64,000 nt of DNA from an uncultured Chloroflexia bacterium (lineage in GTDB: Bacteria > Chloroflexota > Anaerolineae > CG2-30-64-16). Made by a program: the position numbers and the translations under genes. Positions 10,988 to 23,224 of this stretch are shown here, piece by piece; position 1 is the first letter of the stretch, and each line of letters begins with the position of its first letter. The notes under the pieces were generated by a model. That model did no database searches. It saw nothing but the letters and a program-made list of their open reading frames with translations, and was not told where the DNA came from. The stretch lies in NCBI GenBank assembly GCA_963800615.1, contig CAWDBO010000021.1, positions 504,166 through 568,165 on the forward strand, written 5' to 3'.

Positions 10988-12396
10988 TTACGGCGCAACC
11001 ACGGTCTGGCCTTCGGTCAAACCGTCCAGGATTTCGACCCTGGCTTCCGTCTGAATTCCAAGCTCGACGTCAACCCGTCGTTGGCCCGTACCGGCCGCGG
11101 CGCCCTCGTCCTGGACCACGACGAACTTGCGGCCCTCGAACGTCCGAATGGCTTGGGGTGGCAACCAGAGGACCACGGGTTTTTCCTGGAGCACCAGCGT
11201 GATCCGCACCAGGTCGCCGTTCCGGAGTTCAGCCATTTGATTCGTGTCTTCCAGCTCAAACCTGAGGTCCTTCCCCTGGCCCCCTTCGGTGAGCACCCCG
11301 AGCTTCGGGACTTGCCGGATTCGGGCCTTCAGGTCGACGCCGGGCTGCGCAACCGGGGAGACGATTGCCGGCATCCCAACTGCCACTCGGCTGAGCGGCA
11401 CGTTGGCGACGTCGCCTGTGATGTCAAGCTCTGAAATGTCCGAGACCGACGCGAGGTAGCGATACGCTTCAGCTGCCGACCCGGGGTTGAGGCCGAAGCT
11501 GATTTGTACTTCGCCCTCGTAAGGTGCGACGATCTGCACGTCGGCCAGCCCCGCTTGCAGCTTGTCGACCGCAAACCGAGCGCGCCCGGCGTCGTTTGCT
11601 AGGAGTGGGTCGGCTTCGCCGGCCAGCGAATCGACTGCCAGCTGCGCCAGGTCGACCTGACGCTCTGCGACCACCACCCGGTGTCCGAAAGCCTCCACCT
11701 CCTGGAGCACCGAATCCAGAGCAGCTTTGACGATCGTGTAGCCGGCCGCCGCCTGCTGTAGCGAGGCCGCTTCGGGCGAGCGCATCCCGCTCAGGGCCGG
11801 CCGGCAGACGCGTCGTAGTTCTTCTTCGCGGCGTTGCCACGTAAGCGATGCCTGCTGCAACTCGACCTCGGCCTTTGCCTTGCGCGGGGCCGGGTCCTGC
11901 GTCTTGACAATTGCCAGGTTCTCGTGGGCGATTTCGAGGTTTAGTTGTGCCTCTTTGGCGTTGCGGGCTATTTCGTCCCGGCGGGATTTCAGCTTCGCCT
12001 GCGCTTGCTCCAGGTCGAGCTTGCTGCCCGCGAGGTCCCGCTCCAGTTCGTCCATCTCCAGCTCCGCGATCACCTGACCCGCTTTGACCATTTCGCCGGA
12101 CTTGACGAGGACGGACTTGATCCGCCCGTTTGTCTGGAAGAACAGGTCCGCCTGGCGCACGGGCGCTACCCGGCCGCTGATAACGACTTGCTCGACGATT
12201 TCGCCCGCGCTGCACTCGATAGGTGGGGCGAGCGACCGCGGGCGCGGTCGGGATGGCGGTCGGGGTTTCGAGGTCGTCCGCCCCAGCGGGATACATCTGG
12301 ACCCGAATCCGCGTAGGGATCGTCGGTGTCGGTTCCTCCGCCGGCGCAGCTCGCCAGCGCGAGCATTGCGAATGCGAGCACTGCGAGCACCAGCAC
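10988..12396 (-). CDS. HlyD-family periplasmic adaptor (membrane-fusion) lipoprotein of the efflux system; one frameshift near 12230
   Basis: Signal peptide plus lipobox (MLVLAVLAFAMLALASCAGG) in ORF 12166..12396; coiled-coil and beta-barrel MFP body in ORF 10988..12484. Confidence 0.6.
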
Positions 12397-12497
12397 ACGG
12401 AACCGCAGACAACCCCGGGATGCGCTTGTGCCTCATCCTTTCGCTCCTTCGCGCCTGCCGGGAGTGCCTGGGGCGCAGGCCCAAGAGCCGCGCCCTG

Positions 12498-14502
12498 TCA
12501 GGCGACCCGTCGATAGGTGAATAGCGCTGCGCCGGGTGCCGGGTCGATCTCTATGGGAAACCCTTCCGTCATGAGCGTCCGGCCGCTCGCGCGCAGCGAG
12601 GTCTTGCTGTCCCATGAGTATAGGTCGTACTCGGCAGGCGCCTCGAGTGCACGGACCGTCGCTTGGAGGCAGCGGAAGGGCGAGGCGTGCCGGCGGAAGG
12701 CAGCCACCATTCCCTCGCCGAGATCGGGCCGGTCATACTGCCACGCGGCCCACGCATCCGCGGCCAGGCTGAAGGCGAGCAGCGGGTAGAAGTCGCCGTA
12801 GAAGTACTTCCGCATCGTCAGCGCTTCTTCCATGAGTTCCCGGATGCGCTCGATAGGCAGATCGATGCCGCCTTCCAGCGCCTGGCTGCTCCAGTGCGTC
12901 ACGATGGCGGGCCCCAGGGCGCTGCGCATCGCGTAGAGCGTCGGCGATTCGCAGACGGCTGCGCTCAGCGGCGCCCACGGGGCCAGCCCCTGCGTCTGCG
13001 TCTGCATCGCCACCGGGTTGAACGGGAAACACTGGAGGTCGCTGCGCCACAGGGGCACGCTGCGCGAGATCGTTTCGAGGTCGATGCGCTGCCCGCCGCC
13101 CGCGCAATTGTCGATGATTAGGCCGGGGTGCCCGCGAGCAGCTCGTCCCAGAACGCATAGAGGCCGCTGATGTGCCCGATCTCGGTCATGCCCACCCGGT
13201 CCGGCGCATCGGCCATCGCGCAGATTTCCGGCGCGCCGCAGGTCGTTGAAATCCTGCCGGTAGCAGGTCACGCGGCCTTCCTCGATCAGGCCGGACACGA
13301 GATCGGTGACATACCGTCGCGCCTCGGGGATTCCGAGGTTCACCAGGTAGTTCAGCCCGCCCGCGGCACAAGGAGTGGGGCCGAGCAGCCATTCGGGATG
13401 CTCCTCGTAGATGCGCGTCCCATCGTGTACCCGCTCCGGTTCGACCCAGAGGAGAAAACCCATCCCCGCCGCGGCCGCTGCTTCGCCTACGGGCGCCAGG
13501 CCATTCGGGTAGCCCGCCGGATTCGGTTCCCAGCTCCCCACCTGCAACATCCATGCGTTGCCCGTGCCATCCGCTGCTTCATCGAGAGGACGCTCGCCAT
13601 ACCAGCCCGCATCGATCCAGTAGCATTCGACCGGCAGCTTTGCCTCCTGCAGCCACCGGATCTTTTCCAGGTGGCTTTCGGCAGTCCGGGCGCCCCATAC
13701 ACCCTCACAGAACGGCGGCGTCAGCGGCCGTCCGTTCGCCTGCGGCGAATAGTGCTTGAGCAGCAGCTGCCGCCAGGCGTTGTGGGCCTGCATCCGGTCC
13801 CCCTCCCAGAACAACAGCAGGATGCGTGGAGTCCGGATTTCTTCGCCCGGATGCAGTACGAGGTGCGTCCGTTCCATGCCAGCTTGCACGCGGATGCCCT
13901 CGGGCGTCCGTTGGAACGAGGCGCTCCACCCTCCGCTCCAGCCGATCGCGCCGATGACGCCGCCATTGCCCATCTCGAGGTTGAAGAACGGCAGGTGTAG
14001 CGTTGAGGACTTGCCCGTCCGCGCCGAGAGGCTCAGCGCCGACCCGCCTTGCCGGAACGTCAGGGGCGTGACCAGGGGCTCGAAGTCGTCGGTTTGGGTG
14101 AGCGTGCCGCGGGCATGGTGTACCCGGCACGGGAGCGATGGGTCAACTTCGAACAAGACATCGAGCGGAAGAATGTCGGAGAGGATGTGGGAGGTGTGCT
14201 CGCCGCGATTGGCAAATCCGGCGACCCATTCGACCGCCGGATACTCGGCATACCGCTTGATATGGCAGGTATGCTCGACGACCGTCGCCCGCGGCCGCGC
14301 TCAAGGTTTCCTGGGCGAGCAGTGGCTCCGAGCCGGATCGCCGCTCTTTCCGCCAGTTCAGCGGCAGTTTGCTCGATCGAACGCCGGCGTAGCGAAAGGA
14401 CAGGGGCAGTTCGGGCAGGGCGCCGCTGTCGGCAGGTCGGAAGCGCCTCGCGCACCACTCCTGTGCAGCTGCGAAATCGGCGGCGGTTTCTGGGTTAGGC
14501 AT
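12498..14502 (-). CDS. GH36-like (clan GH-D) alpha-galactosidase-family glycoside hydrolase; frameshifted
   Basis: N-terminus MPNPETAADFAAAQEW.. (14143..14502), then 12498..14156 with GH36-like motifs CYWIDAGWYG, LLWVEPERV, CYRQDFN (like KWDMN), IDNCAGGGQRID (like CSGGGGRFD). Confidence 0.5.
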
Positions 14503-14586
14503 TTGCGTTCGCCAGGTTGCGGGAGCGCTGCAAGGGTCGGTTAACCGTTAACCATACTAGCACCGTGGCAAACGTTTGTCAACTGC

Positions 14587-14615
14587 TTGACGTGACCGGC
14601 ACGTCGTGGTATTTT
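14587..14615 (+). promoter_or_regulatory. Candidate sigma70 promoter of the GntR gene (-35 TTGACG, 17-nt spacer, -10 TATTTT) inside a divergent intergenic region; nearby palindromes GGTTAACCGTTAACC and TTGTCAACTGCTTGAC
   Basis: Read directly from sequence; lies between the divergent GH36 and GntR starts. Confidence 0.3.
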
Positions 14616-14642
14616 GCCTTAGATTCCGCTTAGTCACACTTC

Positions 14643-15392
14643 GTGCCGGGCGTCGCGACCAAATATTCTCGAGCGATGGGAAACATAATGGGTGGGAATC
14701 TCGAATTCTTGAACCATTCGGCGCCGTTGAACCGGACACTGAGTGATCAGGTGGCCGACCAGTTGCGGCAGGCTATCCTCCTGGGCCAGCTGAAACCGGG
14801 GCAGCGCATCATCGAACAGGACATGGCGGAGGCCCTCGCGCTCAGCCGCGGCCCGGTGCGCGACGCGCTGCGGATTCTGCAAAACGAGCGGCTGGTCGTC
14901 CTTAACCCGTACCGCGGCGCCTCGGTCGCAAAGCTAACGCTGGAGGACGCTGAGGAGATCAACAGCCTTCGCGAAGCGCTGGAGCTGCTGGCGCTTCGCA
15001 GCGCAATCAGGGTTGCCACCGATGTGCAGATACGCGAGTTGAGCGACCCGCTTGACAGGATGGTCGAGCTTCTCGACCGCGAGGATCACACCTCCGCCGA
15101 ATTGATCTCGACCGATCTGGACTTCCACTACACGCTCTGCCGCATCTCACGGCACAGCCGGGTGCTTTCGGCGTGGACCGCGCTGCGCGGCCAAGTGAGC
15201 CTCCTGATGCTGACGCACCAGGTGCTCAAGGGGCTTGACATGAGCGAGGTCGCGGTGGGTTGGCACGGCCTGCTCGTGGAGGCGATGTTGCGCCGCGATA
15301 GAGTCACGGCAGAGGAAACCTTGCGCAAGCACCTCGCGCGATCCTACGAAGCCACGGTCGAGGCAATCCGGCAAGGCACGGCTGCAACCTGA
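14643..15392 (+). CDS. GntR-family regulator with FCD domain
   Basis: wHTH (LSDQVADQLRQAILLGQLKPGQRI...ALSRGPVRDAL) plus FCD; likely ATG at 14676 (MGNIMGG). Confidence 0.8.
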   Translation: MPGVATKYSRAMGNIMGGNLEFLNHSAPLNRTLSDQVADQLRQAILLGQLKPGQRIIEQDMAEALALSRGPVRDALRILQNERLVVLNPYRGASVAKLTLEDAEEINSLREALELLALRSAIRVATDVQIRELSDPLDRMVELLDREDHTSAELISTDLDFHYTLCRISRHSRVLSAWTALRGQVSLLMLTHQVLKGLDMSEVAVGWHGLLVEAMLRRDRVTAEETLRKHLARSYEATVEAIRQGTAAT

Positions 15393-15409
15393 GAACGGGC
15401 CGCGTCCCC

Positions 15410-16557
15410 CTACACCGGATACCTTCCGGCATGGCGGGCCTGGCGGTACATCGTTAGCAGGTTCTCCACCGGCACGTCCGCCTGCACGTTGTGGACCGGC
15501 GCCAGCACGTAGCCTCCACCCGGCGCAAGGTCTGCGATCCGCCGCTCGACTTCTCGCTCCACTTCCTCGATCGTCCCGAACGGCAGCGCCTGCTGCGTAT
15601 CGATCGCACCCCAGAACGAGAGCCGGTCGCCGAACTGAGCCTTGAGCCGGGCCGTGTCCATCCCCGCGGCGCTGACCTGTACCGGGTTGAGGATTTCGAA
15701 GCCCGCATCGACCAGGTCGGGTAGGAGCGTGTACACGCTGCCGCACGTGTGCAGGTAGATCCGCGCGGGTCCTGGCCTTGATGAAATCGCAGATTTCCCG
15801 GTGGTAGGGCTTGACGATCGACGATAGGTCTTCGGCGACATCATCGGGCCGCCCTGGGTCCCCAGGTCGTCGCCGAGCTTGATCGCCTCGATATAGGGTC
15901 CGGTCAGTTCGAGGAAGCGTCCGAGCGCGGCCAGCGAAAGATCGGTCAGCCTCCGGAGCACGGCATGGACGAATTCCACGTCGACCACGAGGCTCTCGAG
16001 CGCTCGCACCAGGCCGCACAGGTACCACGTCCGTTCCCAGACGCCGTTGAATGCGGGACAGCCGACGACTGCAAAATCGGTTTGCTCGTAGAGCCGCCGG
16101 GCGTTCTCGCTGGTGTCGCGGAAGCGGTCCCCATCGAGCGGGTCCGGCCAGGCATAGCTGGCAAGGTCGTCGATGGTCGCGTCGGCCAGGGGGCTTTCCG
16201 CAAGCTCCCGGTACACGGTTGAGCCTGCGTTCACTTCTCGCCACTTAACCCCGAAGTCGTCATAGAACGCGGCCCGGCTCGGCGCACGGCCGGATGCCCT
16301 TTTTGACCGGCCCCATGTAAACCGCCCGCGTGTCGATATCGAGATCGCACAGGATGCGCTCGTCGACGGGGGTGAGCCGCATGATGTGCATCAGCATGCG
16401 GTCCGGAGCCGGAAGGCCGTAATGGGCTGCGAGCGCGCTGCTCGAACTCGGGCACGGGGGACGTGGTGCCGCCCGTTGCGAAGTCGAGCGGCACGAGGTC
16501 CGGTTCCTCATGCCGCAGCGCCCTCGCGACCCGTTCGCGGTGGGTGAGCGCTGTCAT
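15410..16557 (-). CDS. UroD-family methyltransferase (MtaA/MtbA/MtsA-like), third paralog, terminal gene of the RLP operon; 2 frameshifts
   Basis: N-terminus MTALTHRERVARALRHEEPDLVPLDF (16231..16557), middle LAAHYGLPAPDRMLMHIMRLTPVDERI (16260..16511), C-terminus ..IYLHTCGSVYTLLPDLVDAGFEILNPVQ...APGGGYVLAPVHN (15410..16234). Confidence 0.6.
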
Positions 16558-16579
16558 TGGCTCTTGCTACCTCAAAGCG

Positions 16580-17110
16580 TTAAGAAGTCACCTTGCCGTC
16601 GACGATCATGGGCGTGCGCCCGTCGGTTCCGGCCAGCGCCTGCATCACCTCGATCGTAAATCCCACCCGGGCGACGCTGTCGAAGTTCGCCCATTCGGTC
16701 CCCGGGCGGATGCCGTGCGCTGACTGCGCCACCCCGATGCCTTGCCCCGCCAGGTATTCCGTCACCGGCTTCATGTCGTCCACGTTGAAGCGGATGTGGT
16801 GGATGCCCGGGCCGTGCTCCTCGAGGTAATCGGCCCAGATGCTCCGGCCCGAGACCGGCTGGATCAGTTCCAGTTCCACCGGACCGGCCTCGGTAAAGGC
16901 CATCCTGGCCGTGAAGTCGGCCGGCTCATCATAGTATCGCCGCTCCATGTCCTCCCGCCCCGCAGGGGGCCAGTCTATGATGCGGAAGGGTCCGATGCCG
17001 AAGACCGAAGTCAGGCCCTCGATCGCCTTCTCGATATCTGCCACGATGACGCCGATCTGCACGACGGAACGGAAGAAGCCCGGCGTGTTGTTCGAATTAC
17101 TCCATGCGCG
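16580..17110 (-). CDS. VOC-superfamily (glyoxalase / methylmalonyl-CoA-epimerase-like) metalloenzyme
   Basis: ORF 16580..17269; conserved part starts at ..FRSVVQIGVIVADIEKAIEG.. and ends ..HGPGIHHIRFNVDDM..; exact start unclear (ATG with AAGGAGG RBS is 1 nt out of frame, so GTG start or an indel). Confidence 0.6.
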   Translation of the reverse strand, partial: RAWSNSNNTPGFFRSVVQIGVIVADIEKAIEGLTSVFGIGPFRIIDWPPAGREDMERRYYDEPADFTARMAFTEAGPVELELIQPVSGRSIWADYLEEHGPGIHHIRFNVDDMKPVTEYLAGQGIGVAQSAHGIRPGTEWANFDSVARVGFTIEVMQALAGTDGRTPMIVDGKVTS

Positions 17111-17142
17111 CGTCCCTCCTTGGGGCAGGCGTGCCGCCGCGG

Positions 17143-18129
17143 CTACGCCTCGTTCGTCAGCGCCTGCCGCACCATGCGCTGTGCGGCCGCGGCGTTGCCC
17201 GCTCGAATGACCTCCGTGATGCGCTCGTGCCCCATGCGGTCCACAACCTTCCGCAGCGCCTGGAGCCACAGCACGCTTTCGGTGATCGCCTCCTCCGGGT
17301 TTTCGCGGTACGGGTACTGGTCGAGCGACAGGTACCCGTCGTAACCGACCCGGTCAAGCCAGTACAGCAGCTCCAGGTCTCGATCGTGTGTACCGATCCG
17401 ACGATCATGTCGTCGTCCCACAGCCGGTAGTTGTCGTTGAAGTGCATGTGGAACAGCTTGCTGCCCGCGTGCGACAGCATCGCGATGGATTCGCCCACGT
17501 CCTCGTAAGCCACCAGCGCGTGCCCGACGTCGATCGTTACGCCCACATTCGGCAGCCCGATTTCCTGCGCGATGAGCAGCGTCCCCGCCGCAGTGCCGAG
17601 ATAGCTGCGGTTGCGCGGCTCTTTGAGCTTGTACTCCAGTGATACCCGGACGTCCGCCCGGTGCTGCGCGCACTCGCGCAGCCCGCTCACGAGCCACTCG
17701 CGTTCCTGGAGATAGTCGGCCTCGAACGGGTAGTCGTAGCCGTCCTGGCCGTTCCAGATGTTGATCAGCCCGCAGCCCAGCTCCGCCGCGATGTCCATCA
17801 TGGCCTTGGTGTCCGCGATCGCCTGCGCCGCGCACCTTAGCGTCTTTCGAGGTGAAGGCACCCGAGCTATAGACCTGCGTCGCGAAATGATCGGGGATGA
17901 TCGAGACGAGCTTCAAGTTGTGGTCTTCGAGCTGCGTCTTCACCTCCTGCACGTTCTTCGTCGTGATGTGCCACGTGCCCACGATCTCGACGCCGCTGAG
18001 CCCCGGCACCGTGACCGCCGAATCGCACAGCTGCGCGAAGGTGCGGTCTTCGCCGTAACCCGAGAGGAATCGGTCCGACCGGTTGCCGAAGTTGCTGATG
18101 ATGACCGAGTACTTATCCTGCTTCACGTC
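17143..18129 (-). CDS. Xylose-isomerase-like TIM-barrel enzyme (sugar-phosphate isomerase/epimerase family); 2 frameshifts
   Basis: GTG start with AAGGAGG RBS near 18127 (VKQDKYSVIISNFGN..); middle in ORF 17157..17861 (..NIWNGQDGYDYPFEADY..VTIDVGHALVAYEDV..FHMHFNDN); C-terminus in 17143..18600 (LYWLDRVGYDGYLSLDQYPYRENPEEA). Confidence 0.6.
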   Translation of the reverse strand, partial: DVKQDKYSVIISNFGNRSDRFLSGYGEDRTFAQLCDSAVTVPGLSGVEIVGTWHITTKNVQEVKTQLEDHNLKLVSIIPDHFATQVYSSGAFTSKDAKVRGAGDRGHQGHDGHRGGAGLRADQHLERPGRLRLPVRGRLSPGTRVARERAARVRAAPGGRPGITGVQAQRAAQPQLSRHCGGDAAHRAGNRAAECGRNDRRRARAGGLRGRGRIHRDAVARGQQAVPHALQRQLPAVGRRHDRRIGTHDRDLELLYWLDRVGYDGYLSLDQYPYRENPEEAITESVLWLQALRKVVDRMGHERITEVIRAGNAAAAQRMVRQALTNEA

Positions 18130-19292
18130 TGCCTCCTTGTCATGCGTTCCACCGACCGCCGGAACTCCCGGCTGCTCTGGAGCAGGTCCGGGCCGTGGCT
18201 GTAGAGCCCGCCGGCGATCAGGAAGATGGCTTCTGAGCCGTAAAACTCGACCAGTTCGGGCATCCGCTCGAGCGTCATGCCGCCCGCGGGGATCGGGAAG
18301 ATGGGGGCCAGGCCGCCCATCGCCTCTTCTGTCCCCGCAACGATTCCCCGGCAATCCTCTTCGCTGAACGAGAACCGGCCCCCGTAGTTCACGAAGATCG
18401 TCGCGTCCGCGCCCGCCAGCCGGGGCAGCTGCCCGTACAGCACGTGGTGCGCCATCCCGTGCTCCGGGCTGACCGCAAAGGTCCCGAGCAAGGCCGGATG
18501 GCTGAGCACCGGCAGGGCCAGTGCATCGTCCTCCGCCAGCAGCCGCAGCGCATCCCAACCGGTGAGCCCCGGCGCGACCATCACCGCGCCCGCGCCCCAC
18601 GCTTTCGCCTGCATCGCCCGCGTCAGAATCCGGTCGGCCCGCGTCGTCACGTTCGGCGCGTACAGGCAGCGGTAGCCCGTCTCGCGGTTCGCCCGGCCGA
18701 CGGCCTCCGCGCAGCGCGGCACGCGCTCCTCGAACGGCGCGAACGGCTGGTCCGTCAGCCCGTGGTCCTCTTTGATGACGTCAACTCCGCCTAGCGCCAG
18801 CTGGTACGCGAGCTCGGCCAGGTCTTTCGCGCCCAGGCCCATCGGCTTCAGCGCCGTGCCCAGCAGCGGCCGCTCCGGCACGCCGAGGAGTGCCGCTTAT
18901 CCCCGCTCGCCCGAACCGCGGGCCCTTGTACTGGCGCAGGGTGCCCTCGGGGAGGTCGAGGTGCAGCACCCGGATCCCCGGCTGCATGGCCGAGTTCCCG
19001 AACACCACGTTCAGCAGCTGCGTCAGCTCGCCGGCCGCGGTCTCGACCGCGTAGCTGATGGCCGCGTCAAAGCTGCCCGCACCCGCGGCTCGCAGCGCCT
19101 CGATCCGCCCGACGACCTGGCCGCGGATGTCGTCGTCTGCCAGCAGCGCGTCCGATGTCTCGGTGGTCTGCTCCAGGCAGATGCCGCGGGCAATCGACCG
19201 CGCCTGCGCCTCGTCGCCGGCACGGAGCCGGTAATGGACCGTGAAGCGTTCGCCGGAGAGGGCCAGGCGGGTTGCAGGGAAGATCACGCGCG

Positions 19293-19296
<4 letters not shown>
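18123..19296 (-). CDS. RuBisCO-like protein (form IV RLP, large-subunit homolog); one frameshift near 18890
   Basis: N-domain in ORF 18781..19296 (GTG start overlapping the kinase stop: MTRVIFPATRLALSGERFTVHY..); C-domain in 18123..18881 (GLGAKDLAELAYQLALGGVDVIKEDHGL.., HPALLG, GGRFSF, IAGGLYSHG). Confidence 0.7.
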
Positions 19297-20851
<1,555 letters not shown>

Positions 20852-20879
20852 GATGAGTAGTTAGCAGGGGCAGGGTCCT

Positions 20880-21130
20880 GGACCACGAAGGCGCGAAATG
20901 GTCTGGACTACGAAGCCACGAAGGCGTCTGGACCACGAAGCCACGAAGGCTGCGAAGGACACGAAGCACGAAGCGTCTGGACCACGAAGCCGCGAATTTG
21001 GCGAAGGACGCGAAGCCGCGAAGCTTCACGAAGCCGCCTGCGACCAACGTTCTTCGCGTTCTTCGTGCTTCGTGTCCTTCGCAGACGCTGTCGCGGCTTC
21101 GTGGTCCAAGTCACGTTACGTCTTTGCGGT
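20880..21130. repeat. Intra-operon repeat array: about 25-bp direct repeats (GTCTGGACCACGAAGCCACGAAGGC x3-4 plus degenerate CGAAG/CACGAAG units) followed by their inverted complement (..CTTCGTGTCCTTCGCAG..GCGGCTTCGTGGTCCAAG)
   Basis: Seen directly in sequence between the dehydrogenase stop (21145) and FGGY kinase start (20851); can fold into long hairpins. Confidence 0.6.
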
Positions 21131-21144
21131 CCAAAGTGGCGATC

Positions 21145-22037
21145 CTACAGCTTCCTAACCTCAACCCCCGCCTGGTCCTCCAGGTTGCGGATCAGCGCGG
21201 AGGCGTTTTGATCGCCCCAGCCCTTGTTCACCGCGGCCTTGATGTTCTCGCGGATGGCTGCGGCGGCGGGCGTGGGGACGTTCAGATCCTGCGCGAAGCG
21301 GGCGATCAGGTTGGCATCCTTCAGCATGAGCTTCGAGCGCGAAGTGGGTCGAGAAGTCCCGGTTGATCAGCGCGTTGCCCACGCCGTCGAAGATCGGGGT
21401 CTTGAAGTCGGTGACGTGGAGCACGCCCAGGACGTCCTCGGGATTCAGGCCGGCCTTGGTCGCCATGATCATCGCTTCGCCCAGCGCCTCCATCTCGGCC
21501 GCGACGCAGAGGTTGCCGACCAGCTTCATCGCCGCGCCCTTGCCGTTCTCGCCCATGTAGTGGGTGGTCTCGCTCAGCGGCTCGAGGAGCGGCAGGACGC
21601 ACTCGTACAGGTCCCGGTCGCCGCCCGACGACGATCCACAGCCCGCCGTTCGCGGCTTCGTTCTTGCTGCCGAACACCGGCGCGTCCAGGAACTTCGCGC
21701 CCTTGGCCTTGTAGGCTGCCGCCTCTTTCAGGCTGGTCGATGGGTGCAGCGTCGTCATGTCCACGACGATCTGGCCCGCCTTGACCGCGTCCAGCAGGCC
21801 GCCCGCGCCCCACACCAGGTCTTCGACTGCCGCGTCGTCGCTCAGGCAGTACATGATCACCTCGGCGCCGTCCACTGCCTCCGCGGGCGTGGCCGCCTGC
21901 TTCGCGCCCCGGGCGACCAGGTCGGCGCACCGGTCCGGCGTGCGGTTCCACACGGTAACATCATGGCCGGCCTTGATCAGGTTCCCTGCCATGCCGCGTC
22001 CCATCGTGCCCATACCCAGATAAGCGATCTTGGTCAT
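21145..22037 (-). CDS. 3-hydroxyisobutyrate dehydrogenase / tartronate-semialdehyde reductase family NAD(P)-dependent oxidoreductase; 2 frameshifts
   Basis: N-terminal Rossmann [33 protein letters not shown] (21321..22037); middle (21161..21556: [20 protein letters not shown]); C-terminus (21145..21327). Confidence 0.65.
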
Positions 22038-22097
22038 CGAAATCCCCCTTCAGTGCGATTTGGAACTGTGTCAAGTGTCTCAATAGTGTCAGGTGTC

Positions 22098-23214
22098 TCA
22101 GGTTATACACACACCCCGGCATATTTGTTGCCGGCCTGAGAGAGAGCGGAGGTCACGTCTCGGTCTCGTCGCCGCTTCGTTTGGCGGCGTCTTCGGCTGG
22201 CGGTTGCGGCGGCGCTCGTCATAGTAGTTCAGGACCATGACCAGCAGCAGCAGCGCGCCCCACGCGAACTGGCGGAAGAAGATGGCCGCGCTGGAAGGAA
22301 AGAGACTCAGCATCAGGATGTTCAGCCCGGTGGAGAGGAACTGGATGGTAAACACCGAGAGCACGATGCCCGACATGCTGCCGAAACCCCCCGTCGTGCT
22401 CACCCCGCCCAGGATCGCGATCAGCACGGAGAGCAGGATGAACGAAGTGCCGTAGTCGGGCTTCGCCGAATTGGTCCGGGCCAGGAAGATGATGCCCGCC
22501 ACGCCCGCAGCCACGCCCGCCATCCAGTACGTTCGCATCAGCACGCGGAACGAGTTGATGCCCGAGAAGCGGGCGGCGGTCGCGTTCGTTCCCAGCATGT
22601 AGATGTTGAACCCGAAGGCGGAGCGGTTGAGCAACAGCGCGCCGAAAGCGGCCATCGCGATGAAGACCCACATCGGGTAGGGCACGCCGAGAAACGAGCC
22701 GTTGCCGATGAACGCCAACTGCGTTGTGGGGATGGCCGGCCCGCCGGTGATGACGAACGAAAGCCCGGTGTACAGCGCGCCGGTGCCCAGCGTCGCCAGG
22801 ATCGGGGTGATGCCGATGACCGACACGAGAAAGCCGTTCAGCAGGCCGCACAGCGAACCGACGACGAACGCCGCGCCGAAGGCCAGCGGAATGGCCACGG
22901 CCAGTGGCTCTCCTCCGCTCCCCGGTCATGCGAGTGAGGACAAGGGCCGCCACGATGGCCGAGAGGTTGGCCGCGCCCACGATCGAGAGGTCGATGCCGC
23001 CTGTCAGCATGGTAAGCATGATGCCGAGCGCCAGGATGCCGAACTCGGGCAGCTGGACGGCCATCGACTGCAGGTTGCGAACCGTGGCGAAAGTTCCCGG
23101 CAGGACGATGCTGAACGCGATGAACAAGATGATCGCGATCACCAGCAGCCGCAGCGTCGGGGTGTCGAACGGCAGGCGGTTTCTGATCGAGCTGGAAGTG
23201 GTTTTTGCTGCCAT
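22098..23214 (-). CDS. Sugar ABC transporter permease 2 (RbsC family); one frameshift near 22900
   Basis: [31 protein letters not shown]...GGIDLSIVG (22219..23214) continuing in 22098..22898. Confidence 0.65.
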
Positions 23215-23224
23215 GTCTCTCGTC

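Noticed and set aside
14882-16244. 365-aa minus-strand ORF 15147..16244 overlapping the third UroD-family gene
   Set aside because: It has a different frame from the UroD-homologous segments and a low-complexity composition; it is an artefact of the frameshifted real gene.
20880-21130. Possible CRISPR array (also considered for 36065..36236)
   Set aside because: The repeats are contiguous or degenerate with no unique spacers of regular length; no cas genes are present; the units are 19-25 bp head-to-tail.
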